Counted from the first letter of the stretch, positions 10,391 through 21,949 are shown. The stretch is 64,000 nt of DNA from Vineibacter sp. (GCA_035249115.1 DATFGV010000359.1:6035-70034), one strand, 5' to 3'. The notes: a model not told the origin generated them from the sequence alone. Numbers and translations: made by a program.

Positions 10391-11557
10391 CTATCGCATC
10401 CAGGCCTCGAGCGTTCCGTCGGCCCGGATCGCGACGACATCGTCCTTGCCGTCGCCGTCAAGATCGGTGGCGAGCACATCGACCAGCGGTGACTCGGCGC
10501 AGGACAGCCGACCGAGCTCGCGCAGCTGGCCACGCAACGCCGTCAGCACCGCAAGGCATTTCCAGTCGCTGGTCGGCACGACAATATCGGCGATGCCGTC
10601 GCCGCTGAGGTCGACAAGCGCGCCAATGCCCTGGCGCATCGTGCCGACACGATGCGTCGTATAGCCGTCGCGCGATACGGCGGCCAGAATGCGGCCGTCG
10701 CGCAGGTCATTGACCTGCAGCCGACCGATCAGATGCGGTTCGGTCACCTCGACGATGCGCGGCCGGCCGTCACCAACCACATCGGCGATGCCGACGACGT
10801 CACGCCAGCGATCCGGCGCGCCAAGCGGTTCGGACACGGCCCGCGGCTCCAGGCCGACCGCGTGCGCGAGGCTGTACATCGTCAGGGCCGCGCCATGCCG
10901 CACGTGCGAGCGGATGACCAGGAAGCCGCTGCCACAGGCGTCGCTCCGCGTGCCGCCAACCGGACCGACGTGACGTACCACGCGATCCTCGAACATTTCG
11001 TCGGCCGGCAGCTCGATCTGGTAGTCGGCCCAAGTCACCGATTCCGTGCCGACCAGCCGGCGCATGCGCAAGGCGCGATACTCCCACCGATCGCCAAAAA
11101 TCGCCTGCCCCAGTCGCCGGCCGCGGTCGGTCAGTCGGACATCGATATTGACGACGCCGGCGCCGCTGCCGAGATCGCACTGCACGCTTGGCCGCGCCAT
11201 GGCCGGCGGCTCGCAGCGCTTCGGGTCGAGCGCGGCCGTCTCGCCGGCGAGCAGCCGCGCCGCCGACACGACACGACCGCCGACGGCAATTCCCAGGATC
11301 TGGGTGCTGCCGGGCCGATCGCAGACCACGAACCGGTCAGGCCTGCCATCGACGCGGGCGCCACGTGGCGGGCGGACGTCGAGTGCGGTATCGGCGATCG
11401 CGGATGAGGCGACGGCGGCCAGTGTAACCGCCAATGCCAGGAGCAGACGCCACGGGCTGGTCACGGCCAGCACTGCGCCTGCCGGCCACCCGTCGTCGGC
11501 GCGGAGAATTGAACCCCGCAACAGTCGCGGACGCATGCGCGCTCCTTGCCCCGCCAC
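10391..11557 (-). CDS. FG-GAP/VCBS-repeat protein, probably exported
   Basis: DVVGDGRPRI, DLSGDGIADI, DLDGDGKDDV loops; hydrophobic N-terminal stretch; start uncertain. Confidence 0.65.
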   Translation of the reverse strand: MAGQGARMRPRLLRGSILRADDGWPAGAVLAVTSPWRLLLALAVTLAAVASSAIADTALDVRPPRGARVDGRPDRFVVCDRPGSTQILGIAVGGRVVSAARLLAGETAALDPKRCEPPAMARPSVQCDLGSGAGVVNIDVRLTDRGRRLGQAIFGDRWEYRALRMRRLVGTESVTWADYQIELPADEMFEDRVVRHVGPVGGTRSDACGSGFLVIRSHVRHGAALTMYSLAHAVGLEPRAVSEPLGAPDRWRDVVGIADVVGDGRPRIVEVTEPHLIGRLQVNDLRDGRILAAVSRDGYTTHRVGTMRQGIGALVDLSGDGIADIVVPTSDWKCLAVLTALRGQLRELGRLSCAESPLVDVLATDLDGDGKDDVVAIRADGTLEAWMR

Positions 11558-11677
11558 CAGCGATTCTGTGGCGGCCGGCCGACGCTGTCCATGCCGATGT
11601 CAGCGCTCGGCGGCGGTGTTCGATGCGATCGTAGGCCCGCGACGCCGTCGGCAGACTCGATAGGCAGGCGCGGACAA

Positions 11678-12291
11678 TCACATGGGTGGCACGAGACCGT
11701 CGATGCCGATGAGCAAGCGCGCCGTCGACAGGCTGCCATCGGCGGCCTTGGCCGCGGTGGTGAAGATGTGGTTGCCGGGCTTGATCAGGTCGGGCGAGCC
11801 GCGGCGGCGAAAGTGACGATCGGCGCCGTGGCCGGAACGGTAATCTCGATCGGCTGGTCGGCGCCCTTGTAGCTGATGCGGAGCGAACGGCCTTGCGCCG
11901 CCTCGGTCACCGTGGCCACCGTGCCGTTGGTCATCGTGCTTTCCGGCTGCAGGTCCCAGGGATAGTGACCTTCGTTCGAGCCGCGCGCCGACTCCGGGAA
12001 AACCAGAACCTCCAGCGCCAGCCATTTGCCGTCACCACCCTTCAGCGCCGCAATGCCGACGAAGCTGTTCGGCTTGATGTCCGCGATGTCGGCCTTGGTG
12101 ACTCCGATCACGGCTACCGGATCGGCGAGCTTGATCGTGACGGTGGTACCTTCGCGCGCCTTGACGGTCAGCACGCGGTCGGAGAAGCCGGCGATCTCGC
12201 CGCGCACGCGCTGAGTCTGTGGCTGCTGCGCCGAGGCGGAGACAGTGAGCAACGCCGCCAGACCCGCTAGCGCAGTTAGACGCAGCATCAT
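11678..12291 (-). pseudogene. Exported conserved hypothetical protein with a frameshift near 11800
   Basis: Signal peptide, EGHYPWDL-STMTNGTV core. Frame 1 stops at 11785; the adjacent frame continues SPDLIKPGNHIF...GIDGLVPPM to 11678. Confidence 0.7.
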
Positions 12292-12393
12292 GGTCGCCTC
12301 CTGTCGTTTACCGTGGGCGGCGACCTTAGGCCGGCGACATCGCCAGCGGAAGAAGTGACCGGATGGTGCCCTGCTTACCGCTGTCGACAGGCG

Positions 12394-13881
12394 TCAGATG
12401 TCGCCCTGTACTCGCTTCACGGCCACCTGCCAGCCGGCGTAGCGACGATCGCGTTCGACCGCGCTTTCTGTCGCGCTGAAGGCACGATCGAGCTGCCACT
12501 GCGCGGCGATGGCGTCGAGCGAACTGAACAGGCCGGCCTGCAGGCCCGCCAGGAAGGCGGCGCCCAACGCCGTTGTTTCCGTGACCGACGGCCGCTCGAC
12601 CGTCAGGCCCACCGTGTCAGCCAGGCGCTGCATCAGCGGATTGTTGGCCACCATGCCGCCATCGACGCGCAAGGCGGCGATGTCGGCGCCATCGGCACGC
12701 ATCGCCTCGACCAGGTCGCGCGTCTGGTAGCAAACGGAATCCAGGGTCGCCTGGGCGATCTCGGCCGGGCCGCTGTCGCGGGTCAGGCCGAGCAGCGCGC
12801 CGCGCGCATTGGGGTCCCAGTAGGGCGCGCCCAGACCGACGAAGGCCGGCACCATGATGACGCCGTGGTCGGGCCGCGCCCGCGCCGCCAGCGCCTCGAC
12901 TTCGGCCGAGGTCGAGATCAGCTTCAGCCCGTCGCGCAGCCACTGCACGGCCGCGCCCGCGACGAAAATGCTGCCTTCCAGGGCGTAGGTCGCCACGCCG
13001 CCGAGGCGGTAGGCGATGGTCGTCAGCAGCCGGTTCTTCGAGCGCACCGCGGTGGTGCCGGTATTGAGCAAAGCGAAGCATCCGGTGCCGTAGGTGCTCT
13101 TGACCATGCCCGGCTTCAGGCACGCCTGGCCGACCGTCGCCGCCTGCTGGTCGCCTGCCATGCCCAGCACCGGGATCGGCGCGCCGAACAAGTCAGGCGT
13201 ACTCGCGCCGAATTCGCCGGCGCAGTCGACCACTTCCGGCAGCAAGCCGTGCGGGATGTCGAGCACGCGCAGGAGGTCGAGGTCCCAGCGCTGGCTGCGG
13301 ATGTTGTAGAGGAGCGTGCGGGCCGCGTTCGTGGCGTCGCTGGCGTGGCGCCGCCCGCCGCTCAGGCGCCACAGCAGGAACGACTCCACGGTGCCGAAGG
13401 CTAGGTCGCCAGCTTCGGCCGCGGCACGCGCTCCCGCCACGTTGTCGAGCAGCCACGCGAGCTTGGTACCGGAAAAATACGGATCGAGCAGCAGGCCGGT
13501 CCGCTGGGTGAACTCCGGCTCCAGCTCGGCCGCCTTCAGCTCGGCGCAGCGTTCGGCCGTGCGGCGATCCTGCCAGACGATCGCGTTGTGGATCGCCTGG
13601 CCGGTCCGGCGGTCCCAGACGATGGTGGTCTCGCGCTGGTTGGTGATGCCGATGCCGGCGATCGCGGCGGCCTCGAGCCCAGCCCGCGACAGCGCTTCGC
13701 GGCAGACCGCAACGGTCGCCCGCCAGATCTCCTCCGGGTCGTGCTCGACCCATCCCGGCTGCGGGAAAATCTGCGGCAGCTCGCGCTGCGCCGTCGCCAC
13801 GGGCCGGGTCTGCGCGTCGAACACGATGGCGCGGGTCGAGGTCGTGCCCTGGTCAATGGCGAGGATGTGGCGGGCCGGCAT
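12394..13881 (-). CDS. glpK: Glycerol kinase
   Basis: [37 protein letters not shown]. Confidence 0.96.
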   Translation of the reverse strand: MPARHILAIDQGTTSTRAIVFDAQTRPVATAQRELPQIFPQPGWVEHDPEEIWRATVAVCREALSRAGLEAAAIAGIGITNQRETTIVWDRRTGQAIHNAIVWQDRRTAERCAELKAAELEPEFTQRTGLLLDPYFSGTKLAWLLDNVAGARAAAEAGDLAFGTVESFLLWRLSGGRRHASDATNAARTLLYNIRSQRWDLDLLRVLDIPHGLLPEVVDCAGEFGASTPDLFGAPIPVLGMAGDQQAATVGQACLKPGMVKSTYGTGCFALLNTGTTAVRSKNRLLTTIAYRLGGVATYALEGSIFVAGAAVQWLRDGLKLISTSAEVEALAARARPDHGVIMVPAFVGLGAPYWDPNARGALLGLTRDSGPAEIAQATLDSVCYQTRDLVEAMRADGADIAALRVDGGMVANNPLMQRLADTVGLTVERPSVTETTALGAAFLAGLQAGLFSSLDAIAAQWQLDRAFSATESAVERDRRYAGWQVAVKRVQGDI

Positions 13882-13951
13882 GGGTGCGAGTCTCCTGCGG
13901 CGCGGATCGCGGCACGTTAACCCGAACGGCCGCCATCTTGCGACATGTGGA

Positions 13952-15499
13952 CTAGGCCGCGTTCCGTCGCCGCTCGCCCATCCACGTGACAAACGCCGCG
14001 CGCTGGGCTTCGGTCATGTGCAAGCCCTCCTTGGTGCGGCGCCACAGGACGTCGTCGGGTTCGCGCGCCCATTCGGCACGCATCAGGTAGTCGACCTCGA
14101 CTTCGTAGAGGTCGCCGCCGAAGTGCCGGCCGAGTTCTGCCACGGTCTTGGCGGTTCCCAGCAAATCCTCGCAACCCGTCCCGTGCCGGCGCGCCAAACG
14201 CTCGACATAGGTCTGCGGCAACTGACCGTACACGGCGGCCAATCCCTCGACGAAGGTCTCAAAATCGGCGTAGGGCATCTCGCCGTCGGGCAGTGGTTCG
14301 CCATGGGTCCAGGGACCGGCCATGCCGGGATAGTAGGGCCGGAGGTCCTCCAGCGCCTGTTCGGCCAACACCCGGTAGGTGGTGATCTTGCCGCCGAAGA
14401 CGCTGAGCAGTGGCGCCTTGCCATCGGCGTCACCGACTTCCAGCACGTAGTCGCGGGTCACGGCCGAAGGATTGTCGGTGCCGTCATCGAACAGCGGCCG
14501 GACTCCGGCGTAGCTCCAGACCACGTCGGGCGGCGCGATTTGCCGCTGCATGTAATGGTTGGAAAGCTCGCAAAGGTACTGGATCTCCTCCGGCGAGATC
14601 GACACGGCGCCGGGCGTGTCGTCGTCCAATTCGAGGTCAGTGGTCCCGATCAGCGAAAAGTCGCGTTCGTAGGGAATGACGAACACGATGCGCCCGTCGC
14701 GGTTCTGCAGGATGAAGGCATGCTCACCGTCATGCAGCTTCGGCACCACGATGTGGCTGCCCTTGACCAGCCGTACGCGCTTCCTTGTCGCGATGTGTCC
14801 GACCTCGTCGAACCATTGCCTGACCCACGGGCCGGCCGCGTTGACCAGGCCACGGGCGCGCAGCTCGACCCGCCGACCGGTGCCGCCCTCGAGCAACTCG
14901 ATATGCCACAGCGTGCGCCCCCCCTCGTCGGCAACGCGGCGGGCAGCGACGCATTTGTGGCGCGCGTATATGCGCGCGCCGCGATTGTCGGCCGATTTCA
15001 GGTTGCCGATCACCAGGCGGGCGTCGTCGACCCAGCCATCGGAATAGGCAAAGCCGAAAGTGAAATCGGGCTTGAGCCCGGCGCCGTACGGGCTCGTTGG
15101 CAGCTTGACGCTTTCGGTCTTGGGCAACCGCATCCGCCAATTGAGGTGGTCGTAGATGAACAGGCCTATGCGCAACATCCAGCGCGGCCTCAGATGCGGC
15201 TCGTGCGGCAAGACGAAGCGCAGCGGCCGGGCGAGATGCGGCATCTTGGCAAGCAGCAGCTCGCGCTCCTTCAGTGCTTCGCGCACCAGTCGGAACTCGT
15301 AGTGCTCAAGATAGCGCAAGCCGCCGTGGATCAGCTTGCTTGAGGCCGAGCTGGTGGCGCTGGCGAAGTCGTTCATCTCGCACAGACCGACCCGCAAGCC
15401 CCGGCCAGTGGCGTCGCAGGCGATCCCGGCACCGTTGATGCCGCCACCGACCACAAACAGGTCGAGCGGTTCCGTGTCGGCGGCGGTTGGGGTCATCAC
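13952..15499 (-). CDS. glpD: FAD-dependent glycerol-3-phosphate dehydrogenase
   Basis: [43 protein letters not shown]. Confidence 0.96.
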   Translation of the reverse strand: MMTPTAADTEPLDLFVVGGGINGAGIACDATGRGLRVGLCEMNDFASATSSASSKLIHGGLRYLEHYEFRLVREALKERELLLAKMPHLARPLRFVLPHEPHLRPRWMLRIGLFIYDHLNWRMRLPKTESVKLPTSPYGAGLKPDFTFGFAYSDGWVDDARLVIGNLKSADNRGARIYARHKCVAARRVADEGGRTLWHIELLEGGTGRRVELRARGLVNAAGPWVRQWFDEVGHIATRKRVRLVKGSHIVVPKLHDGEHAFILQNRDGRIVFVIPYERDFSLIGTTDLELDDDTPGAVSISPEEIQYLCELSNHYMQRQIAPPDVVWSYAGVRPLFDDGTDNPSAVTRDYVLEVGDADGKAPLLSVFGGKITTYRVLAEQALEDLRPYYPGMAGPWTHGEPLPDGEMPYADFETFVEGLAAVYGQLPQTYVERLARRHGTGCEDLLGTAKTVAELGRHFGGDLYEVEVDYLMRAEWAREPDDVLWRRTKEGLHMTEAQRAAFVTWMGERRRNAA

Positions 15500-15593
15500 C
15501 GCAGTGTAACCTGCGCCCGATGGCGACGCGACGACGCCGTGAATTCACCCTGAATGCTTACGGCTGGCGCCGTCGATGACGCAGGGCGCGCCA

Positions 15594-16457
15594 TCACACG
15601 TCGATCTCGACAAACAGCGGATAGTGATCCGAGGCCGGCGAGGCATCGTCGATCCAGGCGCGGCGCACCTTGCCGGCGAGGTCGGCGGTAACGAAGCAAT
15701 GGTCGATGCGGCCTTCACCCGGATAGCTGTCGCGGTCCTCAACGTTGCCGGCAGCCGCCCAGGCATCGACCAGTCCATCCGCCGGGATCGCCCGACGACC
15801 CGCTGCATCCATGGGGCCACAGATCACAGGGTATTCAGGGTCGGCATGCGTGAAGTTGAAATCGCCCATCACGATCGCCGCGGGCGGAACGGGCGCGGCC
15901 GGCTCATCGAACACAAACAGGTCGCTGGCGCGATTGTCCCAGGCGCCGCCGCGGTCGCGGGCGCTGTGCACCAGCGCCAAGGCGGCCCTCACCTGCGGCA
16001 AGCGTTGCTCGGGCGCCAGGTGCGACAGATGCAGGCTGTAGACCCGCAGCGCCCCCGACGGTGCCACAACGACCGTCTCGACCATGCCGCGTTGCAGGTC
16101 GAACTCGGCCGGCAGAGCCGTCTTGGGCAGCAGATGGCCGCGCGCCTCGCGGATCGGCCAGCGCGAGATAACCGCGTTGCCGAAGGTCCGACGCCGGTTG
16201 ACCACCTTGCCGCCGGCGTCGATGGTGCTGGAGTCGGCGTCAAAGGGCCCGTGGAACCAGGCAAAGCGGTTGAGTCGCCCGGCAATCTCGGCGGCCTGGT
16301 CGGCGAAGCCGCTGAGCGCCCAGCCTTGCGCCACCTCCTGCAGACAGATGACGTCGGCCGCCGCCACGACGTCGGCGACGCGCCCGACGTCGTAGATCTG
16401 GTCGCGCCCCAGCCCGAAATGGATGTTGTAGCTGGCGAACAGCATCGCAGTGGCCAT
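15594..16457 (-). CDS. Endonuclease/exonuclease/phosphatase (EEP) family protein
   Basis: SYNIH, LQEV, GNA, HL, GDFN, RIDH, SDHYP. Confidence 0.88.
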   Translation of the reverse strand: MATAMLFASYNIHFGLGRDQIYDVGRVADVVAAADVICLQEVAQGWALSGFADQAAEIAGRLNRFAWFHGPFDADSSTIDAGGKVVNRRRTFGNAVISRWPIREARGHLLPKTALPAEFDLQRGMVETVVVAPSGALRVYSLHLSHLAPEQRLPQVRAALALVHSARDRGGAWDNRASDLFVFDEPAAPVPPAAIVMGDFNFTHADPEYPVICGPMDAAGRRAIPADGLVDAWAAAGNVEDRDSYPGEGRIDHCFVTADLAGKVRRAWIDDASPASDHYPLFVEIDV

Positions 16458-16551
16458 CAGTCTCCGGTCAGGGCATCCGATATCGCCGGGTTGACGGGCC
16501 GATGTCGACGAATCGCCCCATGGCGCACATCGTGGCGGTGAAGATTGCGGC

Positions 16552-17646
16552 CTATGTCAATGAAATGCGTTGGCCATTCGCCGTGTCGAACAGGTGCACG
16601 TTGGCGGCGTCGACGGCGAAGCGCCGGGTCTCGCCGCCCTTGATCTGCACGTGGCCGGGCATGCGCACCGTGACACCCTCCCGCGACTCACCGAAGTGGC
16701 CGTGCAGCAGCGTATCGGCGCCCAGCGGCTCGACCATCTCGATCTGCAGCGCGATGGCGCCGGTGCCGCCATTGGCCAGCAGGTGCTCCGGCCGCACGCC
16801 CAGGGTCACGGCGCTTCCGACTTCGCCCTCGGCGGCGCGCGCCAGCGGCAAGGTGACATGCTGGTTGTCGGCAGTCGCCAACTCGACCGAACGCCGGTCG
16901 GCGGCGATCTTGCCCGACAGGAAGTTCATGGCCGGCGAGCCGATGAAGCCGGCGACGAAGGTGCTCGCCGGCGTCTCATAGACCTGCATCGGCGTGCCGA
17001 TCTGCTCGGCGCGGCCGGCGTTCATCACGATCAGCCGGTCGGCCAGGGTCATCGCCTCGACCTGGTCGTGGGTGACGTAGACGCTGGTGGTGCCGAGCTC
17101 GCGTTGCAGGCGCTTGATTTCCAGGCGCATCTGCACCCGCAGCTTGGCATCGAGGTTGCTGAGTGGCTCGTCGAACAGGAACACCGCCGGCTCGCGCACG
17201 ATGGCGCGGCCCATGGCGACCCGCTGGCGCTGGCCGCCCGAGAGTTGGCGCGGCTTGCGCTGCAGGAAGGTCGAAAGTTCCAGGATCTTGGCCGCCTGCT
17301 GCACCCGCTGGTCGATCGCGACCTTGGACATGCCGCGGATACGCAGACCGTAGGCCATGTTGTCGTAGACAGACATGTGCGGATAGAGCGCGTAGTTCTG
17401 GAACACCATGGCGATGTCGCGGTCCTTGGGCTCCAGCGCGTTCACCACCCGTTGGCCAATCGCGATGTCGCCGCCGGTGATGCGCTCCAGGCCGGCGATC
17501 ATGCGCAGCAAAGTCGACTTGCCGCAGCCCGACGGACCGACGATGACGATGAACTCGCCGTCGGCGATCTCCATATCGATGCCGTGGATGACGTCGGTCT
17601 TGCTGTCGTAGCTCTTCTTGACGCCGCGAAGGCTCACGCCCGCCAT
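16552..17646 (-). CDS. ugpC: sn-glycerol-3-phosphate ABC ATPase
   Basis: [36 protein letters not shown]; operon context. Confidence 0.92.
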   Translation of the reverse strand: MAGVSLRGVKKSYDSKTDVIHGIDMEIADGEFIVIVGPSGCGKSTLLRMIAGLERITGGDIAIGQRVVNALEPKDRDIAMVFQNYALYPHMSVYDNMAYGLRIRGMSKVAIDQRVQQAAKILELSTFLQRKPRQLSGGQRQRVAMGRAIVREPAVFLFDEPLSNLDAKLRVQMRLEIKRLQRELGTTSVYVTHDQVEAMTLADRLIVMNAGRAEQIGTPMQVYETPASTFVAGFIGSPAMNFLSGKIAADRRSVELATADNQHVTLPLARAAEGEVGSAVTLGVRPEHLLANGGTGAIALQIEMVEPLGADTLLHGHFGESREGVTVRMPGHVQIKGGETRRFAVDAANVHLFDTANGQRISLT

Positions 17647-17671
17647 GTCGTTTCCTCCCCGCGTCGCGCCG

Positions 17672-18520
17672 TCACTTTTCGGTTTCCACCAGGCCGCGCA
17701 CGAACTGGCGCTGCATCAACACCACAACCAGCATCGGCGGCAACATTGCGAGGATGCCGACCGTCATGATCAGGTTCCATTGCGGCACGCCGTCGACCAC
17801 GTTGGCCTGGCGCGACAGCGTCATGATCACCGTGTAGAAACTTTCCTCGGTGGTGATCAGCAGCGGCCAGAGGTACTGGTTCCAGCCGTAGATGAACTGG
17901 ATGACGAACAGGGCCGCAATGCTGGTACGGCTCATCGGCAGCAGGATGTCGATGAAAAACCGGGTCGGGCCGGCGCCATCGACACGCGCCGCCTCGGTCA
18001 GCTCGTCGGGCACGCTGAGGAAGAACTGGCGGAACAGAAATGTGGCGGTCGCCGAGGCGATCAGCGGGATGATCAGCCCACCGTAGCTGTTGAGCATGCC
18101 GAAATTGGCGACCACGTTGTAGGTCGGCACGATGCGCACCTCGATCGGCAGCATCAGTGTGATGAAGATCATCCAGAACGCGGTCATGCGCAGCGGAAAG
18201 CGGAAATAGACGATGGCGTAGGCGGCAATCAGCGAAATCGCGATCTTGCCGATGCAAACGCCCAGCGCCATCACCAGGCTGTTGGTCAGCACCCGCCACA
18301 GCGGGGTCCGCGAGGCCTGCGCGAAACCCTCGGACAGGACCTGGGAATAGTTGTCGATCAAGTACGGCCCCGGCAGCAGCGGTACCGGCGGCCGCAGCAT
18401 CGTGGCCGAATCGTGCGTCGAGGCGACGAACGCGATCCACACCGGAAAGGCGATCACGGCCACGCCGAGAATCAGCACGAGGTGGCCGAAGACCGTGAGC
18501 CAGGGGCGGTTCTCGACCAT
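17672..18520 (-). CDS. ugpE: sn-glycerol-3-phosphate ABC permease
   Basis: MVENRPWL start, [33 protein letters not shown]. Confidence 0.92.
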   Translation of the reverse strand: MVENRPWLTVFGHLVLILGVAVIAFPVWIAFVASTHDSATMLRPPVPLLPGPYLIDNYSQVLSEGFAQASRTPLWRVLTNSLVMALGVCIGKIAISLIAAYAIVYFRFPLRMTAFWMIFITLMLPIEVRIVPTYNVVANFGMLNSYGGLIIPLIASATATFLFRQFFLSVPDELTEAARVDGAGPTRFFIDILLPMSRTSIAALFVIQFIYGWNQYLWPLLITTEESFYTVIMTLSRQANVVDGVPQWNLIMTVGILAMLPPMLVVVLMQRQFVRGLVETEK

Positions 18521-18527
18521 CGGCGCC

Positions 18528-19457
18528 TCAGTAGTGGACCCGCCGCTCGATGTAGCGGAACTGCACGACGGTGAGCGCGATCAGGATCACCATCAGGATC
18601 GTCGATTGCGCCGCCGAGCCTCCGAAATCCTGGCCACGGAAGCCGTCCTTGTAGACCTTGAACACCAGGATTTCCGTCGCCTGGCCCGGCCCGCCTTGGG
18701 TCAACGCATCGACGATGCCGAAAGTGCCGATGAACACATAGATCAGGTTGACGACCAGCAGAAAGAAGCCGGTCGGCGACAGCAGCGGGAAGACGATGGT
18801 CCAGAAGCGCCGGCCAGGGCCGGCGCCGTCAATCGCCGCCGCCTCGATCAGCGACTTGGGGATCGACTGCAGGCCGGCCAGGAAGAACAGGAAGTTGTAG
18901 CTGATCTGGTTCCAGCAGGCGGCGAAAATGACCAGCCACAGCGCCTGGGTGCCATTGATCTGGTGGTTCCAGTCGATGCCCACTGCGTTCAGCGAATAGG
19001 CGAGGATGCCGACCCGCGGATTGAACAGAAATCCGAACAGCACGCCAGCGACGGCCGGCGCCACGGCATAGGGCCAGATCAGGAACGTCTTGTAGCCCGT
19101 GGCGCCGTGGATGGTGCGGTCAGCCATCACCGCCAGCAGCAACGACAGCGCCAGGCCGATCACCGCCACCATGACGCTGAAGAACAAGGTCACGCGCACC
19201 GAATGCCAGTAGCCGCTGTCGCTCAGCAGCCGATCGAAGTGACGGAAGCAGCGCTGCCAGGCGGTGGCGCCCAACGGATCGCTCAGCAGCCCGGCGCAAA
19301 GGAATTGCGTGTTGCCGCCGAACGCATCCTCGAGGATGAACGACAGCCAGATTGTCTCGACCGATGGCCAGATGAAGAACGCGATTGTGACAAAGAGCTG
19401 CGGCGCCAGCAGCAGATAGGGCAGCAGCTTGGTGTCGAAGGTGACTCGCTTGTGCAT
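18528..19457 (-). CDS. ugpA: sn-glycerol-3-phosphate ABC permease
   Basis: LPYLLLAPQL, WPYAVAPAVAG, SYNFLFFLAGLQSIP, QFRYIERRVHY. Confidence 0.92.
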   Translation of the reverse strand: MHKRVTFDTKLLPYLLLAPQLFVTIAFFIWPSVETIWLSFILEDAFGGNTQFLCAGLLSDPLGATAWQRCFRHFDRLLSDSGYWHSVRVTLFFSVMVAVIGLALSLLLAVMADRTIHGATGYKTFLIWPYAVAPAVAGVLFGFLFNPRVGILAYSLNAVGIDWNHQINGTQALWLVIFAACWNQISYNFLFFLAGLQSIPKSLIEAAAIDGAGPGRRFWTIVFPLLSPTGFFLLVVNLIYVFIGTFGIVDALTQGGPGQATEILVFKVYKDGFRGQDFGGSAAQSTILMVILIALTVVQFRYIERRVHY

Positions 19458-19497
19458 GCTGTCCGGTCCGCCGGGCGTCCGCCGCCGATCGCGGCAT

Positions 19498-19523
19498 GCG
19501 TCCCGCCGCTACGGGCGGGACGC
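19498..19523. terminator. GC-rich stem-loop between ugpB and ugpA (stabiliser or attenuator)
   Basis: GCGTCCCGCC-N6-GGCGGGACGC perfect 10-bp stem, no U-tract. Confidence 0.5.
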
Positions 19524-19537
19524 GCCGTCGAGCCGCC

Positions 19538-20857
19538 TTACTTGTTGGCGGCCTCGAAGTCCTTGAGCAGCTTGTTGCCGCGGGCGGTAGCGTCGTCGAG
19601 CGCCTGCTTGGCGGTCTTCTTGCCCGACCACACGGCCTCGAGCTCCTCGTCCATCACGTCGCGGATCTGCACGAAGTTGCCGATGCGCAGGCCCTTGGAG
19701 TTCTCGGTCGCCGGGTTGAGCGTCAGCTGGTTGACGGCGATCTCGCGCCCGGGGAACTGCTTGTAGAAGCCGGCCTTCTCGGTGATCTCGGCGGCCGACA
19801 GGGTGATCGGCACATAGCCGGTTTCCTGGTGCCACTTCGCCTGGACGTCGCCCTTGGAAATGTACGAGAAGAACTTGGCGACGCCGGCGTACTCGTCCTT
19901 GGGCTTGCCCTGCAGCACCCACAGGGTGGCCCCGCCGATGATCGAGTTCTGCGGCTTGGCGATCACGTCGGGCCAAAACGGCATCATGCCGATGCCGACC
20001 TTCTCGGCCCCCAGCGCCTTCTGGATTCCGGACGCCGACGCCGACGAGCCAATATGCATGGCGCATTCGCCGGCGTTGAAGATGGTCGTCGACTTGCCCT
20101 CACGGCCGCCATAGACGAACACCTTGTCCTTGCCCCAGTCGGCCAGGGTCTGGATGTGCTTAACCCGCGCCGGGTCGTTGATCTTGAGCTCGATGTCGAT
20201 GCCGCCGAAGCCGTTCTGCTTCGTGGCGAACGGCAGGTTGTGCCAGGCGCCGAAATTTTCGATCATCGTCCAGGTTTGCCATTGTGGCGTGAAGCCGCAT
20301 TTGGCGCCCGAGGCGACCAGCTTCTTGCCCATTTCGCCCAGCTCCGGCCAGGTCTTGGGCGGCTTGTCGGGATCGAGGCCGGCCTTCTGGAACAGCTCCT
20401 TGTTCCAGTACAGCACCGGTGTGGAGGAGTTGAACGGCATCGACAGCAGCTTGCCGTCGGCGGTCGAATAGTAGCCGTAGACGGGGCCGATATACGTCTT
20501 GGGATCGAACGGCTCCTTGACGTCGGCCATCAGCTGGTGGACCGGATAAACCGCGCCCTTGGCCGCCATCATGGTGGCGGTGCCAACCTCGAAGACCTGC
20601 ACGATGTGAGGATGCGCGTTCTGCCGCGCGCGGAAGGCGGCGATCGCCGCGGTCAGGGTCTCGGTGTACGAGCCCTTGTAGACCGCCACCACCTTGTATT
20701 CGGACTGCGACTTGTTGAACTCGGCCGCCAGCTGGTTGAGCGTTTCGCCCAGATTGCCGCCCATGGCGTGCCACCACTGGATTTCCTTTTGGGCCTGGAC
20801 GGGCAGCGCGGCCAACATCGCCGCGAGACTCGTGGAAACAATCAATCCGGCACGCAT
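19538..20857 (-). CDS. ugpB: sn-glycerol-3-phosphate-binding periplasmic protein
   Basis: WWHAM, QVFEVGTATMM, PFNSSTP, IIGGATLW, WHQETGY. Confidence 0.93.
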   Translation of the reverse strand: MRAGLIVSTSLAAMLAALPVQAQKEIQWWHAMGGNLGETLNQLAAEFNKSQSEYKVVAVYKGSYTETLTAAIAAFRARQNAHPHIVQVFEVGTATMMAAKGAVYPVHQLMADVKEPFDPKTYIGPVYGYYSTADGKLLSMPFNSSTPVLYWNKELFQKAGLDPDKPPKTWPELGEMGKKLVASGAKCGFTPQWQTWTMIENFGAWHNLPFATKQNGFGGIDIELKINDPARVKHIQTLADWGKDKVFVYGGREGKSTTIFNAGECAMHIGSSASASGIQKALGAEKVGIGMMPFWPDVIAKPQNSIIGGATLWVLQGKPKDEYAGVAKFFSYISKGDVQAKWHQETGYVPITLSAAEITEKAGFYKQFPGREIAVNQLTLNPATENSKGLRIGNFVQIRDVMDEELEAVWSGKKTAKQALDDATARGNKLLKDFEAANK

Positions 20858-20911
20858 CTGACGTCACCTCCCTCGCAAAATGACTCGACATCCCGCGCAT
20901 ACGGTCGCCGT

Positions 20912-20940
20912 GTCACCGCTTGATTGCGGATTTATGACAC
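20912..20940 (-). promoter_or_regulatory. Pho-box-like site upstream of ugpB
   Basis: Minus strand GTGTCAT-AAAT-CCGCAAT-CAAG-CGGTGAC, 11-bp period; ugp is a classic PhoB target. Confidence 0.5.
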
Positions 20941-21043
20941 CGACGTTACCCGGCGCACGTCCGCGCGAAAAGGGGGGAAATCACCGGCCAGCCGACGTTG
21001 GCCCCGACTTGACGTGACCCGTTCGGAGCGGATCGGCTCGGGG

Positions 21044-21790
21044 TCACGCCGAAATCGCCGCTGAAATCAAGTCCGGTGAATCGGTAATGATGCAGTCGAC
21101 GCCCATCGCGATCAACGCCTGGGCATGCGCTGCATCATTGATGGTGTAGACGCTGAGCAGGTAGCCCGCCGCTTTGATCTCGGTTACGCGCGCCGCGTCG
21201 AGTTTTTTGCCGTTTGTGTTGACGCCGACCGCGTCCAGCGCCGCGGCGCGCGAACGCCAGTCGTCTCCCAACTCGTCGATCAGGATGGCACGGGGAAACG
21301 CGGGACCCGATTTGCGCGCGGCCGCGAGCGCCTGATCGTCAAAGCTCGACAACAACGGCAGCGGCAGCCCCGTCGGCCAAAGGCGTTGCAGCGTCTCGAC
21401 TGTCGCCGCCGCCGTCGCCGTTGCGCGACCGGGGCTTGGCTTGATCTCGACGTTGGCGCCGAGGCCCTGTTCGGCCAGGCACGCGATCGCAGCTTCGAGC
21501 GAAGGCACCGGCTCACCCGCGAATCGCGCCGCCTTCCATTTGCCGGCATCCAGGCGCTGGATCTCGGCCCATGAGGTGCGGGCCGCCGGTCGGTCAAGGC
21601 CGGTCGTACGCTTCAGCGACTCGTCATGCATGAGCATCGGCACGCCGTCGGCCGACAGCTTGACGTCGAACTCGACCCACGGCGCACCCCGCCGTTTCGC
21701 CTCGCGCAGCGATTCCAGGGTGTTTTCCGGCGCATAGGTGGCGGCGCCGCGATGGCCAATGACGCGCGGCAAGGCAACAAACGAAGGCAT
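21044..21790 (-). CDS. ugpQ: Glycerophosphodiester phosphodiesterase
   Basis: GHRGA, PENT, EFDV, HD, NVEIK, YTIND, IITD. Confidence 0.9.
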   Translation of the reverse strand: MPSFVALPRVIGHRGAATYAPENTLESLREAKRRGAPWVEFDVKLSADGVPMLMHDESLKRTTGLDRPAARTSWAEIQRLDAGKWKAARFAGEPVPSLEAAIACLAEQGLGANVEIKPSPGRATATAAATVETLQRLWPTGLPLPLLSSFDDQALAAARKSGPAFPRAILIDELGDDWRSRAAALDAVGVNTNGKKLDAARVTEIKAAGYLLSVYTINDAAHAQALIAMGVDCIITDSPDLISAAISA

Positions 21791-21949
21791 TAGGGTACAC
21801 TAGGCCGCCGCGATGGTCGGTTCAACGACCGGTGCGCCAAGCGATCGTGTTCTGTGGTCGAACCACGTTGCCGGTTGGTACGATTCACCGGCTTGTTCGA
21901 CAGCGCCGGTGCAGGCTATGCAACGGCGTCACTCTCCATTCGGAAGCCA

